This document shows positions 54,999-64,000 of a DNA stretch of 64,000 nt, piece by piece. Below the pieces are notes generated by a model, which was not told the DNA's origin, did no database searches, and saw only the letters and a list, made by a program, of their open reading frames with translations. The stretch is taken from positions 64,001-128,000 of the forward strand of contig BTUM01000006.1 of NCBI GenBank assembly GCA_045863235.1, given 5' to 3'. This DNA is from Candidatus Xenobia bacterium. GTDB taxonomy: Bacteria > Vulcanimicrobiota > Xenobia > Xenobiales > QWHO01. The position numbers were made by a program, and so were the translations under genes. Position 1 is the stretch's first letter, and each line of letters starts with the position of its first letter.

Positions 54999-56112
54999 AG
55001 AGGCCCAGCCCACGATATACCTCGAGGATCTGCTCCACGATGCTCGCTGTTGAGCGGGTCTCCGCCAACTGGCGCCCGGCGACGGCGAGTTTGGAGCGGA
55101 GCTCGGGGTCGCCGGCCAGGCGAAGGATCGCTCGGGCCAGCGATCGCGAATCCCGGACCTCGGCCAGGAGCCCCGTCTGACCATCCAGCACGACCTCGCG
55201 GACCCCGGGCACGTCGGTACCAACGACGGCCCGCTGACAGGCGCACGCTTCCAGCAAAGCCTTCGGGAAGCCCTCGCGGTAGGAGGGCAGCACCACAATG
55301 TTGGCGCTGGCGAATATCGCCGGCATGTCGCTCTGGAAGCCGAGCCAGCGCACCCAACCCTGGTCGACCCAGGATTGGATTTCGCCGGGATTGATGGCCG
55401 TCGGGTGGGCCGGGTCGGTATCGCCGACCAGGATCATCTCGATTTCCGGGCGCTCGCTGGCCACGAGTCGAGCCGCTTCCACGAACTCGTGCACGCCCTT
55501 GTCCTTCAGAATGCGACCCGGCAGCACGACGCGCACGGACTGCCCGGTGGGCTCGGGCGTGGGAGAGAAGCGCCGGCAATCTACCCCGGACCCCGGGATC
55601 AACCCCAGGGCCTCTCTGCGTACCCAGCCCGCGGAGAGGACGAAATCGTAGTCGTCCGGATTCTGCACGATCGTAAAGGTCTTGCCAAGAGCCAGCCGGT
55701 ACAAGCTGCTTACCAACCAGCGCAGAAAGTGAGCCCGGTCCTTCTCGGTAAAAAGGTATCCAAGGCCGGTGATGCTGTTGACCGTCGCAATTCCCCCAAC
55801 GATCCGGGCCGCCAGCGAGCCGAAAAGGACGGGCCGCAAAGTGAAGTGGTGCACCAGTTGGGGCCGCAACCGCCAATAGAGCCTCACCATGAAGAGCAGA
55901 GCCTCGACCTCAGCCAGGAGGTTGCGGCGGCCGCGGACCGACTCGGGCAGTGCCGCAAAATGGAAACCTCTGGCGCGGATCTCGCAGGCGGCGTCCGATT
56001 CGGAGGCGACTGCCCAGACCTCGTGGCCTCGCTCGAGCAGAGCCTCTCCGAGCGGCGCCCGGTTGAGTAGAAAGTAGCGGTCGAGACCTTCAACCAGGAT
56101 AATCCGGGCCAT
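54973..56112 (-). CDS. GT4 glycosyltransferase (PglA-like)
   Basis: ITGLG, QNPDD, GSGVD, RILKDKGVHEF, PSYREGFPKALLEA, TDVPG. Confidence 0.92.
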   Translation of the reverse strand: MARIILVEGLDRYFLLNRAPLGEALLERGHEVWAVASESDAACEIRARGFHFAALPESVRGRRNLLAEVEALLFMVRLYWRLRPQLVHHFTLRPVLFGSLAARIVGGIATVNSITGLGYLFTEKDRAHFLRWLVSSLYRLALGKTFTIVQNPDDYDFVLSAGWVRREALGLIPGSGVDCRRFSPTPEPTGQSVRVVLPGRILKDKGVHEFVEAARLVASERPEIEMILVGDTDPAHPTAINPGEIQSWVDQGWVRWLGFQSDMPAIFASANIVVLPSYREGFPKALLEACACQRAVVGTDVPGVREVVLDGQTGLLAEVRDSRSLARAILRLAGDPELRSKLAVAGRQLAETRSTASIVEQILEVYRGLGLCEDRLPDQ

Positions 56113-56188
56113 CCGCGTGCGTTCTACGGTCGAATGCTGAAACCTACCGAGAAGGTGACACTTACCCGCTCAGACAACTTATCGCCAA

Positions 56189-57445
56189 ATGTCTGCGACG
56201 TTGCTGGACCTGCTGCGCGATCTTCCCGGCTGGATGGTCATGTCATTGACCTTCGCGCTGCCGGTGCTGTTCGCTCCCATCCGGCGGAGTCAGTCCTTGC
56301 TGCTGGCTATCTGGTTTACGCTTGGGCTGCACCATGCGGCGGCCATCGTCAACTGCTACCTATTTCTCTTGCCGGGCGCCGAGGAGGACGCTCGGGCGAT
56401 GGATGCCACGGCGATGGGGGCAGACTACGTCCACCTTCTGCGCAACCCTTATGTCTTGATGCTGAGGGCGTTCTACCAGTCGTTCGGTCGTTCGCACTTG
56501 TTGGGATGTGAGTTGTCAGTGCTGGCTTACTCCGCGAGCGTGGTGGTGCTGGTCTACCTGATCCGCTACCTGGGCTCGGAGCGCTGGCAGGCCCCCATGG
56601 TTTTGCTGTTCGGCTCCCTTCCCGGCGCGGTCTTCAACTGCTCGGTCACCTTGCGCGAGTCGTATCAGACTCTGGGAATCTTGCTTGTGATCTGGTGTCT
56701 TGTCCAGGTGCGGGAAGGCCGCCCGTGGTACTATCTGGGGATGTTGGTATGCGTGGTCGCTCTCGCCCAGCTCCACAACGGCCTGGCTTTATTCTCACTG
56801 GGAGTGACCGCGGTGTCGGTGATCTGGGGGCTGCGCGGCAGTTCCGCCGTAGCCGGCCTGCTCATCATCCTGGTCGTGTTGGGCGCCCTGTGGCAACGGG
56901 CCAGGATCCTGGACGCCCTGGCCCAGCATTCCGCTGCCGTCAACTCCCTGGCGCAGGGTCGTTTGATTCAGGATGCGGCAAGCTACCGCGACTTCCAGGC
57001 TCAGGACCGAGCGACCTATCGGGCTCGCCTGGACACCTCCTCGGTCTTTGGATTTCTGACCACCTTTCCGCGCGTGTTGTTCCTTTACATGTTCTCGCCG
57101 CTTCCCTGGCAGGCCCGTGGCCTGAAGGACCTCTACGCGGTCGCCGAGTCGTTGCTTCGGATGGCGCTCTGCCTTGGGGCCCTCGTGAACGTGAGGCAGA
57201 GTTCGCGGGAGCGTAGAGTCAAACTGCTGGGAGTGCTGATTTTCTTCTTGACCCTGGAAGCTCTCTGGTCGATTGGAACGGGCAACTGGGGCCAGGCCAT
57301 TCGCCATCGCGTCGTGGGATGGGGCCTGCTCGTCATCTGTGGAGCCGAGCCCTGGTTGAAGCTGGCAAGCAGCGGTCGCCGCCGCGGTGCTCGGAAGGTC
57401 GCTCAGCCTTCCCCGCCTTCCCCCGAGCCTGCGCTGGCGTCCTGA
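56189..57445 (+). CDS. Polytopic membrane protein, probable Wzy-type polymerase
   Basis: About 10 hydrophobic segments, LRES and FSPLPW motifs, polysaccharide-locus context. Confidence 0.6.
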   Translation: MSATLLDLLRDLPGWMVMSLTFALPVLFAPIRRSQSLLLAIWFTLGLHHAAAIVNCYLFLLPGAEEDARAMDATAMGADYVHLLRNPYVLMLRAFYQSFGRSHLLGCELSVLAYSASVVVLVYLIRYLGSERWQAPMVLLFGSLPGAVFNCSVTLRESYQTLGILLVIWCLVQVREGRPWYYLGMLVCVVALAQLHNGLALFSLGVTAVSVIWGLRGSSAVAGLLIILVVLGALWQRARILDALAQHSAAVNSLAQGRLIQDAASYRDFQAQDRATYRARLDTSSVFGFLTTFPRVLFLYMFSPLPWQARGLKDLYAVAESLLRMALCLGALVNVRQSSRERRVKLLGVLIFFLTLEALWSIGTGNWGQAIRHRVVGWGLLVICGAEPWLKLASSGRRRGARKVAQPSPPSPEPALAS

Positions 57446-58749
57446 CCTTCGAGCAACTTTCGGTAGGTTGCCCTCTCGTGCTCGCTCAGCCTCTCTGGCT
57501 CCATCATGCTCAGGGCAAGCTCGCGCAAGCGTTGGCCGCAGGCGCGAGCGCGCTCCGGGTCCTGGAGGAAGCCGGCCACCGCTGCCGCCATGGCCTCCAC
57601 ATCTCCCGCCGGGACCAGCTCGCCAGTACGACCGCTCACGATCAGCTCGCGTTGCCAGTCCAGGTCGTAGCTGACGACAGCGGCCCCGGCCAGGGCTGCT
57701 TCAGTGAGCGCCCGGCCGGTCACGAACGAGACCACCACCTCACATTCGGGCAGGGCCCGGGCCAGCCACTCCTGGTCGCGGTTGCCAACCATGATCAGTT
57801 GGGATTCGACTTGCAGGCGCCGCGCCAGCTCCTGTATCTCGCCGCGCATGGTCCCATCACCCACGACGAGGCCGCGAGCCCTTATCCCGCGTTCCCGCAG
57901 CGCCCCCAACAGGAGCACAATGTGCTCTGGCATCTTCACCGGCTCGAGCCGAGCCACGGACGCCAGGATGGGGCCTTCGCCCGGCAGATCGGCGAGGACC
58001 CCCTTCGGGCGCTGTTTCGGAGGTAAAAAGTGGTCAGGGTGGATCAGATTGCCAAGTCGGAAGATCGTCGCGCGCTCCCGGCGCGCACCGCTCCAGAGAG
58101 CGTAGTCCAGGTTCTCCTGGTTGAGCGCAGCCACGAGGTCGGTCCGTGGGAAGACGATCCACTCAACCAGTTTCTCGACCCATCGCCATTTGAAGAGGCG
58201 GGGCATCACAGGTCGCCCCGTGTCGCGGTAGAGCCGGTCGTGGTTGGCCGCGAGTCGCATGGCGAGCGGGACCCCTGTCAGGCGGCTCAGGCTCAATCCG
58301 AGCAGGCCTAGATAGTAAGGATCTCCTACCCGGATCAAAGAGATGCGTTCGTCTCGGATCAGGCGCTCGAGCTTGTGAAACAACCGGACCTGCTCGAGCG
58401 CGAATCGGGTCCAGGGGAGAGCCCCCCCACCCACAGTGCCCTGGATGAAAACGTGCCTCTCGCTCAGGACGGACTCCTCGATCACGGACGCTTCTTCAGC
58501 CGGGCCGAGTGGATGCACGGACCAGACCTTTTCGAAAAATCCATCCAGGTCCCGGGCCAGCACGGGCGTCAGGAGTTTTCGCTCTCGAATGGCCTTGAGG
58601 GTGTAGGACATGTCCAGTACGAGAAGCCGTCGGCCCCGCCCCCGGGGAGCGGTTTTCCGCACCTGACAGCGCAAGGCCCCCAGAACCAGAGCCGGGCCGA
58701 GCACCGTCGCGGCGAGTCCGGCGTCTAGAAGACTCTTCAATTTGCGCAT
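57403..58749 (-). CDS. GT4 glycosyltransferase
   Basis: VARLEPVK, VGDG, LTEAALAG, TGELVPAGDVEAMA. Confidence 0.85.
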   Translation of the reverse strand: MRKLKSLLDAGLAATVLGPALVLGALRCQVRKTAPRGRGRRLLVLDMSYTLKAIRERKLLTPVLARDLDGFFEKVWSVHPLGPAEEASVIEESVLSERHVFIQGTVGGGALPWTRFALEQVRLFHKLERLIRDERISLIRVGDPYYLGLLGLSLSRLTGVPLAMRLAANHDRLYRDTGRPVMPRLFKWRWVEKLVEWIVFPRTDLVAALNQENLDYALWSGARRERATIFRLGNLIHPDHFLPPKQRPKGVLADLPGEGPILASVARLEPVKMPEHIVLLLGALRERGIRARGLVVGDGTMRGEIQELARRLQVESQLIMVGNRDQEWLARALPECEVVVSFVTGRALTEAALAGAAVVSYDLDWQRELIVSGRTGELVPAGDVEAMAAAVAGFLQDPERARACGQRLRELALSMMEPERLSEHERATYRKLLEGQDASAGSGEGGEG

Positions 58750-58872
58750 CGGGGAGCCCTCCCGGGTCGGTTGGCAGGAACGTGCGTGGTGGTGTCAAAC
58801 ATCCGTGCCATGTTTTTGAGTGCTCAGGCAATAGAGGTCAATCGGATTTCAATAGACTCCCAAGAGGTTTGT

Positions 58873-59493
58873 ATGCCTGAGTCTTTCCAACTGAAGCCTG
58901 CGCAGCTCCATTATGTTCGAATCAAGGCAATTCTAGAGCCGCTCTTCGTTTTGCTGATCGCACCTGTTCTCCTTCCTGTGCTCCTCTTGATCGCGCTGGT
59001 GATCCGGTTGAGCTCACCCGGCCCGCTCTTGTTCGCCCAGACCCGTATCGGTCACCGAGGCAGGCCTTTTGTGATGCATAAATTTCGAACGATGAGCGTC
59101 AACTCGGAGAAGAACGGCGCCCGAATGACCGCTGTCAAGGACGAGCGCATCATCCCCTTTGGGAACTGGTTGCGGGCCCACCGCCTGGACGAGCTTCCTC
59201 AGCTCTGGAACGTCCTGGCGGGGGATATGAGTCTGATCGGCCCTCGACCCGAGCAGCCCGTGTTTGTCGAGGAGTTCTCCCGCGCGATTCCTGGTTACAA
59301 GAGTCGCCTTGCAGTTCGGCCCGGCATCACGGGTCTGGCCCAAGTGCTGCAGGGCTATGCTGCCAACATCCCTGAGACTCGCCGTAAGCTCCAACTCGAC
59401 CTGACGTACATCCGGCGTCTTTCGCCCGCGATGGATGGCTTCGTGTTCTTCTTGACGCTCTGGACAATTCTTTTCGGCTACCGGGCCCGCTGA
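58873..59493 (+). CDS. Priming phosphoglycosyl (sugar) transferase
   Basis: KFRTM, RLDELPQLWNVLAGDMSLIGPRPE, RPGITGLAQV. Confidence 0.95.
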   Translation: MPESFQLKPAQLHYVRIKAILEPLFVLLIAPVLLPVLLLIALVIRLSSPGPLLFAQTRIGHRGRPFVMHKFRTMSVNSEKNGARMTAVKDERIIPFGNWLRAHRLDELPQLWNVLAGDMSLIGPRPEQPVFVEEFSRAIPGYKSRLAVRPGITGLAQVLQGYAANIPETRRKLQLDLTYIRRLSPAMDGFVFFLTLWTILFGYRAR

Positions 59494-59551
59494 CTGCGTC
59501 CGACAGACGGCAGGACGGCGCTTGCGCCGAGCAGAATTGCCCGAGTCAATC

Positions 59552-61510
59552 GTGTGCGGTATTTGTGGGTATGTTGACGCGTCCGCGCTCCTCGCGCCGG
59601 GGTCCCTTGTGCCCATCCTTGAGAGGATGCTCGCCCGGCTGAAGCATCGCGGTCCGGACGACCGGGGCACCTGGACCGAGCCCCAAAGGGGCGTGGCACT
59701 GGGCCAGACTCGTCTGTCCATCCTGGACCTCTCGCAGAACGGCCATCAACCGATGGAGTCCGCCTGCGGCCGCTACGTCATCACCTATAACGGCGAAATC
59801 TATAATTTTCCAGCTCTGCGCGCCGAGTTGGAGGCGAAGGGGGCTCGTTTTCGCGGCACGTCCGACACCGAGGTATTGCTGGCTGCAGTCACGACCTGGG
59901 GGCTCACCGAGGCGCTGCGTCGCAGCGTCGGTATGTTTGCTTTCGCGCTCTGGGACCGCCGCGCCGCCAAACTGCACCTCGTGCGCGATCGGGTGGGCAA
60001 GAAGCCCCTTTATTATGGCTGGTGCGGCGATACGTTCTTGTTCGGCTCCGAGCTCAAAGCGTTGCGCGCTCACCCTCATTTCAGGGCCGATCTGAACCGC
60101 GACGCCATCACCTTGTATCTTCGCCATAGCTGCATTCCCGCCCCCTACTGCATCTATCGGGGGATCAGCAAGCTCACGCCAGCGACGATCCTAACGCTGG
60201 AGGGCAGGAACCTGACTCAGGAGTGTTACTGGAGCGCCCGGAGTGTTGCTCTTGAGGGTTTGCGCCATCCCGTCGCGGCGCGAGACGGGGAGACGCTGGA
60301 CCGTCTGGACACGTTGCTGCGCGAGGCTACACGGCAGCGGATGAACTCGGACGTGCCGTTGGGCGCCTTTCTTTCGGGGGGAGTGGATTCGTCGCTGGTT
60401 GTTGCGCTCATGCAAGCCCAATCGTCGCGGCCCGTGCGAACCTTCAGTATCGGCTATCATGACCCGGCTTATGACGAAGCGGACAGCGCGCGGGCGGTCG
60501 CACAGAGCTTAGGCTCAGAGCACACCGAGCTGTACATCTCCTGGGAGGAGGCGATGAATGTTGTTCCCTTGCTTCCGACTCTTTATGATGAGCCCTTTTC
60601 GGACTCGTCCCAGATTCCCACCTACCTCGTTTCGCAGCTCGCTCGCACTCAGGTGACCGTCTGCCTGACCGGAGATGGGGGAGATGAAGGCTTTGGGGGG
60701 TACAATCGCTATGTCTGGGCGACGCGCGTCTGGCGCAGGATGGGGCGTCTTCCGACGGGCCTGCGCAGGATTTTGGCCGGACTTTTGAGTTTGCTCCCCC
60801 CGAATACCTGGAACGACTTGTATCGCCGGCTCGCGTTTCTCTTGCCCGCGCGCTGGAGCCAGAGGCTTCCGGGCGACAAGCTGCAGAAGCTGGCAGCCGT
60901 GCTGTCGGCGAGCGGACCCAAGGAGCTTTATCGTGGCATTGTCTCTCACTGGTCCGAGCCGACTTCGGTCGTGCTCGACGCGGAAGAGCCGGCCTCGGCC
61001 CTGACGGCGGGGAGCAGGCTGGAGGTGGAACTGCCCAACTTTGGTCTCTGGATGATGTACATGGACCTGGTGACCTACCTGCCGGACGACATCTTGACGA
61101 AAGTGGACCGCGCCACTATGGGCGTGAGTTTGGAGGCGCGCAATCCGTTGCTTGACCATCGTGTGCTCGAGTTTGCCTGGCGCCTCCCAATGGACTGGAA
61201 GATCAGGAACGGAGTGGGGAAATGGGTCCTGCGCCGGCTGCTCCGGCGTTATCTGCCGGCTTCGCTGTTCGAGCGGCCGAAGATGGGTTTCCAGGTTCCG
61301 ATCGACCGCTGGCTGCGAGGGCCTCTCCGCTCCTGGGCCGAGGAGTTGCTCGAGCCAGGTCGTCTCAGGCGTCAGGGCCTGCTGCGTCCCGAGCCGATTC
61401 AGGTGCGCTGGCGGGAGCATCTGTCCGAGCGCCGCAACTGGGCGGAATCTCTGTGGGATGTTCTCATGCTTTGCGCCTGGCTGGAGCAGAGGCGGGAAGT
61501 GGCGTCATGA
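59552..61510 (+). CDS. asnB: Asparagine synthetase-like glutamine amidotransferase
   Basis: (M)CGICG, HRGPD, NGEIYNF, LSGGVDSS, GDGGDE, KVDRATM, RPKMGF. Confidence 0.95.
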   Translation: MCGICGYVDASALLAPGSLVPILERMLARLKHRGPDDRGTWTEPQRGVALGQTRLSILDLSQNGHQPMESACGRYVITYNGEIYNFPALRAELEAKGARFRGTSDTEVLLAAVTTWGLTEALRRSVGMFAFALWDRRAAKLHLVRDRVGKKPLYYGWCGDTFLFGSELKALRAHPHFRADLNRDAITLYLRHSCIPAPYCIYRGISKLTPATILTLEGRNLTQECYWSARSVALEGLRHPVAARDGETLDRLDTLLREATRQRMNSDVPLGAFLSGGVDSSLVVALMQAQSSRPVRTFSIGYHDPAYDEADSARAVAQSLGSEHTELYISWEEAMNVVPLLPTLYDEPFSDSSQIPTYLVSQLARTQVTVCLTGDGGDEGFGGYNRYVWATRVWRRMGRLPTGLRRILAGLLSLLPPNTWNDLYRRLAFLLPARWSQRLPGDKLQKLAAVLSASGPKELYRGIVSHWSEPTSVVLDAEEPASALTAGSRLEVELPNFGLWMMYMDLVTYLPDDILTKVDRATMGVSLEARNPLLDHRVLEFAWRLPMDWKIRNGVGKWVLRRLLRRYLPASLFERPKMGFQVPIDRWLRGPLRSWAEELLEPGRLRRQGLLRPEPIQVRWREHLSERRNWAESLWDVLMLCAWLEQRREVAS

Positions 61511-63033
61511 CCCTGCCCGAGCTCAGGCGAGCCATTCGTCGCAGGTGGCTGCTCGTGCTTCTCACCATGGTGGCGGTCGAGTACCTCGTGACGATGGTTC
61601 GACCAGACCTGCTGCCGGGCCGAGCCAAGCTGGTGGTGTCTTCTTACGTGTCCAGCGCGAAACTCTTGCTGCGGCCGACATCGCCCAGGGTGACCGCCTT
61701 CGGTCGGAGCCTGGACGTGAACCCGCACGACTCGGAGACAGGCGAGCTCTGGTTTACCGACTTTCGTGGCGTGCAGGAGATTCTCGAGGATGCGGAGTTC
61801 CTGGCCAAGGTGTCTCAGGGTTGCCCCGGCTACAAGGCCGAGGACATTCGGGTGCGCGTTTTCGCCTACCCGAGCTCGATCGGATTACAGGACCTGAGCT
61901 CGATTCACGAGGAGACGGCACGAGAGGGCGCTGTGCAGGCCCTGGAGGGCTACGAGCAACAGATGGCCGAGCGTCTTGGCAAGAGGAAGCAGCGGCGGCT
62001 GCAATTGATCACTCTTTCCGTGGCTGAGACTTCCCCGGAGAAGGCGGAACGCTTGGCGCGAGTGGCCGTGGACGAGTTCCTGGTCGCGGCCCGAAAGAGG
62101 GCGGCGGGTGAGTATACCCAGCGCCGCGAGCAGCTCGAGGCGATGATGCTCCAAAACCGCCGGCAGACTGAAGCCGAGCTGAAGAAGTTCCGCCAGCTCG
62201 GAGGCGCTGTCGCGGCCGAGAATGCGGCTCTCGACGGCCCGCTGCACAAGCAGCTCATAGCGCTTGGGGCGCGCCGAGCCGCGGTGACCATAGAGCGTGC
62301 CACGCTGGCAAGCCGATTAGCGGACCTGAAGGCCTCGCAGCAGCCGAACAATACCGGGGTCTTCCCGACCTATTCCTACGTCGTCCAGAAGTCTCAAGAC
62401 CACGAACTGGAATTGCTGGCCCTGGCCAAGATTTACAAGCCAGACGACCCGATACTTGTGGATGCCCAGAACCGCCGGAACGCCTTCCAGGCGCTCATCA
62501 CGCAAGCGAGCGGAGACCTGCTGGCCTCTGAATGGAGCGAGGCAGAGAGCTCCCTACGGGGCCTGGATCGCGAGCTGGCCAGGTTGGAAGAGGAGATTGC
62601 GGCCATTCAGCGCAAGATTCCCAATGATACCCGCGCCAGCGCTCTGCGCCAGAGCGTCCTGCGGCTCAAGCTCTGGGATGCCACCCGCCTCGAGCTGATC
62701 GGCGCCACCTACCGCGCTCGGCTCCAGGAACGCCAGGCTGAAGCTCAGGGGACACTCGTCATGCTGCAGAGACCTCAGCTGGGCTCCCTGGCTGCTGGCC
62801 CCCGCGCTTCCAGCGGAGCAGCTTTGATCGCGATGCTGCCGGTAGGATTCTTCCTCGGAGTCGTGCTGGCGGGAATGGTTGAGAAATATTATCAGGTTAG
62901 CTACGCAGCGGATAAAATCGCCTCGCAGCTTGGAATCGAGCTTCTCGCAGCGGTTCCCGGGCATCCACGCGGGCGCAGCCGCTCCTGGCTTGCGTGGAAG
63001 CGAGGATTGGGAAGGAACAAGCGACCGGGGTAA
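61507..63033 (+). CDS. Second chain-length determinant (Wzz/Wzc N-terminal like)
   Basis: ATGA overlap with asnB; TM - coiled coil - TM; YKPDDP; LGIELLAAVP. Confidence 0.78.
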   Translation: MTLPELRRAIRRRWLLVLLTMVAVEYLVTMVRPDLLPGRAKLVVSSYVSSAKLLLRPTSPRVTAFGRSLDVNPHDSETGELWFTDFRGVQEILEDAEFLAKVSQGCPGYKAEDIRVRVFAYPSSIGLQDLSSIHEETAREGAVQALEGYEQQMAERLGKRKQRRLQLITLSVAETSPEKAERLARVAVDEFLVAARKRAAGEYTQRREQLEAMMLQNRRQTEAELKKFRQLGGAVAAENAALDGPLHKQLIALGARRAAVTIERATLASRLADLKASQQPNNTGVFPTYSYVVQKSQDHELELLALAKIYKPDDPILVDAQNRRNAFQALITQASGDLLASEWSEAESSLRGLDRELARLEEEIAAIQRKIPNDTRASALRQSVLRLKLWDATRLELIGATYRARLQERQAEAQGTLVMLQRPQLGSLAAGPRASSGAALIAMLPVGFFLGVVLAGMVEKYYQVSYAADKIASQLGIELLAAVPGHPRGRSRSWLAWKRGLGRNKRPG

Positions 63034-63785
63034 GGAATCCTCAGTCTCTCATGTCCGACTGGGAAAAGCACCTCATTGTGTTGCGGGAGCCTCATTCTCC
63101 TCCGTCCGAGGCCCTGCGCAGCTTGCGCGCCCGCCTTTCGCGTAACCTGGCCTCGGGCAAACGCCGGTTGGCCATCCTCAGCAGTTGGCCCGGCGAAGGC
63201 AAGTCTCAGGTCAGCATCAATGTTGCCGCGTTGCTGGCCCAGCTCAGTTTGAAGACCGTGCTGGTCGACGGTGACCTGCGTAAACCGACCTTGACCAGTG
63301 TTTTCAGCCTGGAGGATCGCCTGGGCCTCTCAGACGTGCTTGAAGGTCGATGTACACTGGCCCAGGCCACCGTGCCGACTGGCTATGACAATCTGTTCGT
63401 CATTCCGCGGGGTCAGGCTCGGGGCAACCCCGCCAATATTCTCGGACGCGAGATCATGGGTCCGGTGTTCGACGAACTCAAAGAGTTCGGGTGCGCCCTC
63501 GTCGATACGCCCCCGCTGTCAGCCTGCGGTGACGCCCAGTTGATCGCCACCCATCTCGATGGGGCGGTGATCGTCGTGAATCCGGACAGATGGCAGGGAG
63601 AGGCCGAGAGGCGGTACCTGCGGCAAGTCCGGGAGATAGGGCTCGAGATCCTGGGTGTGGTCATCAATGGGGCCGACAACAAGCACTTTGCCCAAGGTTA
63701 CGGCTACGGTTATGGTTATGGGTATGGTTATGGGTATGGTTATGGCGACAACGGACGGTCTTCGGAAAATGGCAAGAAGGGATAG
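62994..63785 (+). CDS. CpsD/CapB-family tyrosine autokinase (BY-kinase)
   Basis: SEALRSLR, PGEGKS, LVDGDLRKP, VDTPP, ILGVVIN, (GY)8 tail; start may be ATG 63051. Confidence 0.93.
   Translation: MEARIGKEQATGVRNPQSLMSDWEKHLIVLREPHSPPSEALRSLRARLSRNLASGKRRLAILSSWPGEGKSQVSINVAALLAQLSLKTVLVDGDLRKPTLTSVFSLEDRLGLSDVLEGRCTLAQATVPTGYDNLFVIPRGQARGNPANILGREIMGPVFDELKEFGCALVDTPPLSACGDAQLIATHLDGAVIVVNPDRWQGEAERRYLRQVREIGLEILGVVINGADNKHFAQGYGYGYGYGYGYGYGYGDNGRSSENGKKG
63696..63746 (+). repeat. (GGNTAY)8 coding repeat: Gly-Tyr autophosphorylation cluster
   Basis: GGTTACGGCTACGGTTATGGTTATGGGTATGGTTATGGGTATGGTTATGGC. Confidence 0.9.
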
Positions 63786-63789
63786 ACCC

Positions 63790-64000
63790 TCAGAGTCTGG
63801 AGGCGACGATGAGCGCCAAGTTGTCCTGGCCTCCGGGAAAGCCGCGCACTCCTCGGAGGGCGCTTTGGGTCACCTCGCGACAAACCGCCGCCGGGGAGGG
63901 CCCGGACCTCAGGGCGTTGACAAGGTCATCCGCTCCAACGGAGGTCAGGGGCGACTGGTAGTGACACTCGTTCACGCCGTCGGTAAAGGCGAGCAAGAGC
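63790..64000 (-). CDS. PP2C/SpoIIE-family phosphatase, 3' end only
   Basis: LAFTDGVNE and GQDNLALIV motifs; runs in from beyond the window. Confidence 0.8.
   Translation of the reverse strand, partial: LLLAFTDGVNECHYQSPLTSVGADDLVNALRSGPSPAAVCREVTQSALRGVRGFPGGQDNLALIVASRL

Noticed and set aside
63696..63746. Phase-variable microsatellite
   Set aside because: The unit is an in-frame hexamer with synonymous variation encoding the known BY-kinase tyrosine cluster

Overview
High-GC bacterial chromosomal window. Gene style suggests a Vulcanimicrobiota/Eremiobacterota-like lineage, but this is only an impression. In order it holds: (1) a minus-strand cluster of cysteine desulfurase, catalytically dead rhomboid-TPR protein, REC-BTAD regulator and Lys/Ala-rich protein; (2) a tightly coupled purC-E-K-F-D-M-N-H operon followed by a doubly inactivated vapBC pair; (3) a LIM/DA1-like zinc metallopeptidase; (4) a ~13 kb signalling/exopolysaccharide region with a YaiO-like barrel, GT2 synthase, HEAT protein, two paralogous REC-Hpt-REC-REC-GGDEF-REC proteins (one intact, one degenerate), a frameshifted multi-PAS hybrid kinase and a GAF pseudogene; (5) several eukaryote-like proteins with low-complexity N-termini (acyl-CoA ligase with two hydrophobic inserts, a WEDT...NITDMTL protein, a calpain/papain-like protease); (6) a split FluG-like glutamine synthetase/amidohydrolase operon with an apparent CTG start; (7) a probable 6S RNA; (8) a Wzy-type polysaccharide locus with HisH/HisF2, AsnB-like, three GT4 enzymes, two chain-length proteins and a BY-kinase. 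No tRNA, rRNA, CRISPR array or transposase was recognised. Start codons were chosen by eye from RBS and overlap logic, and family calls come from motif recognition, not database searches.
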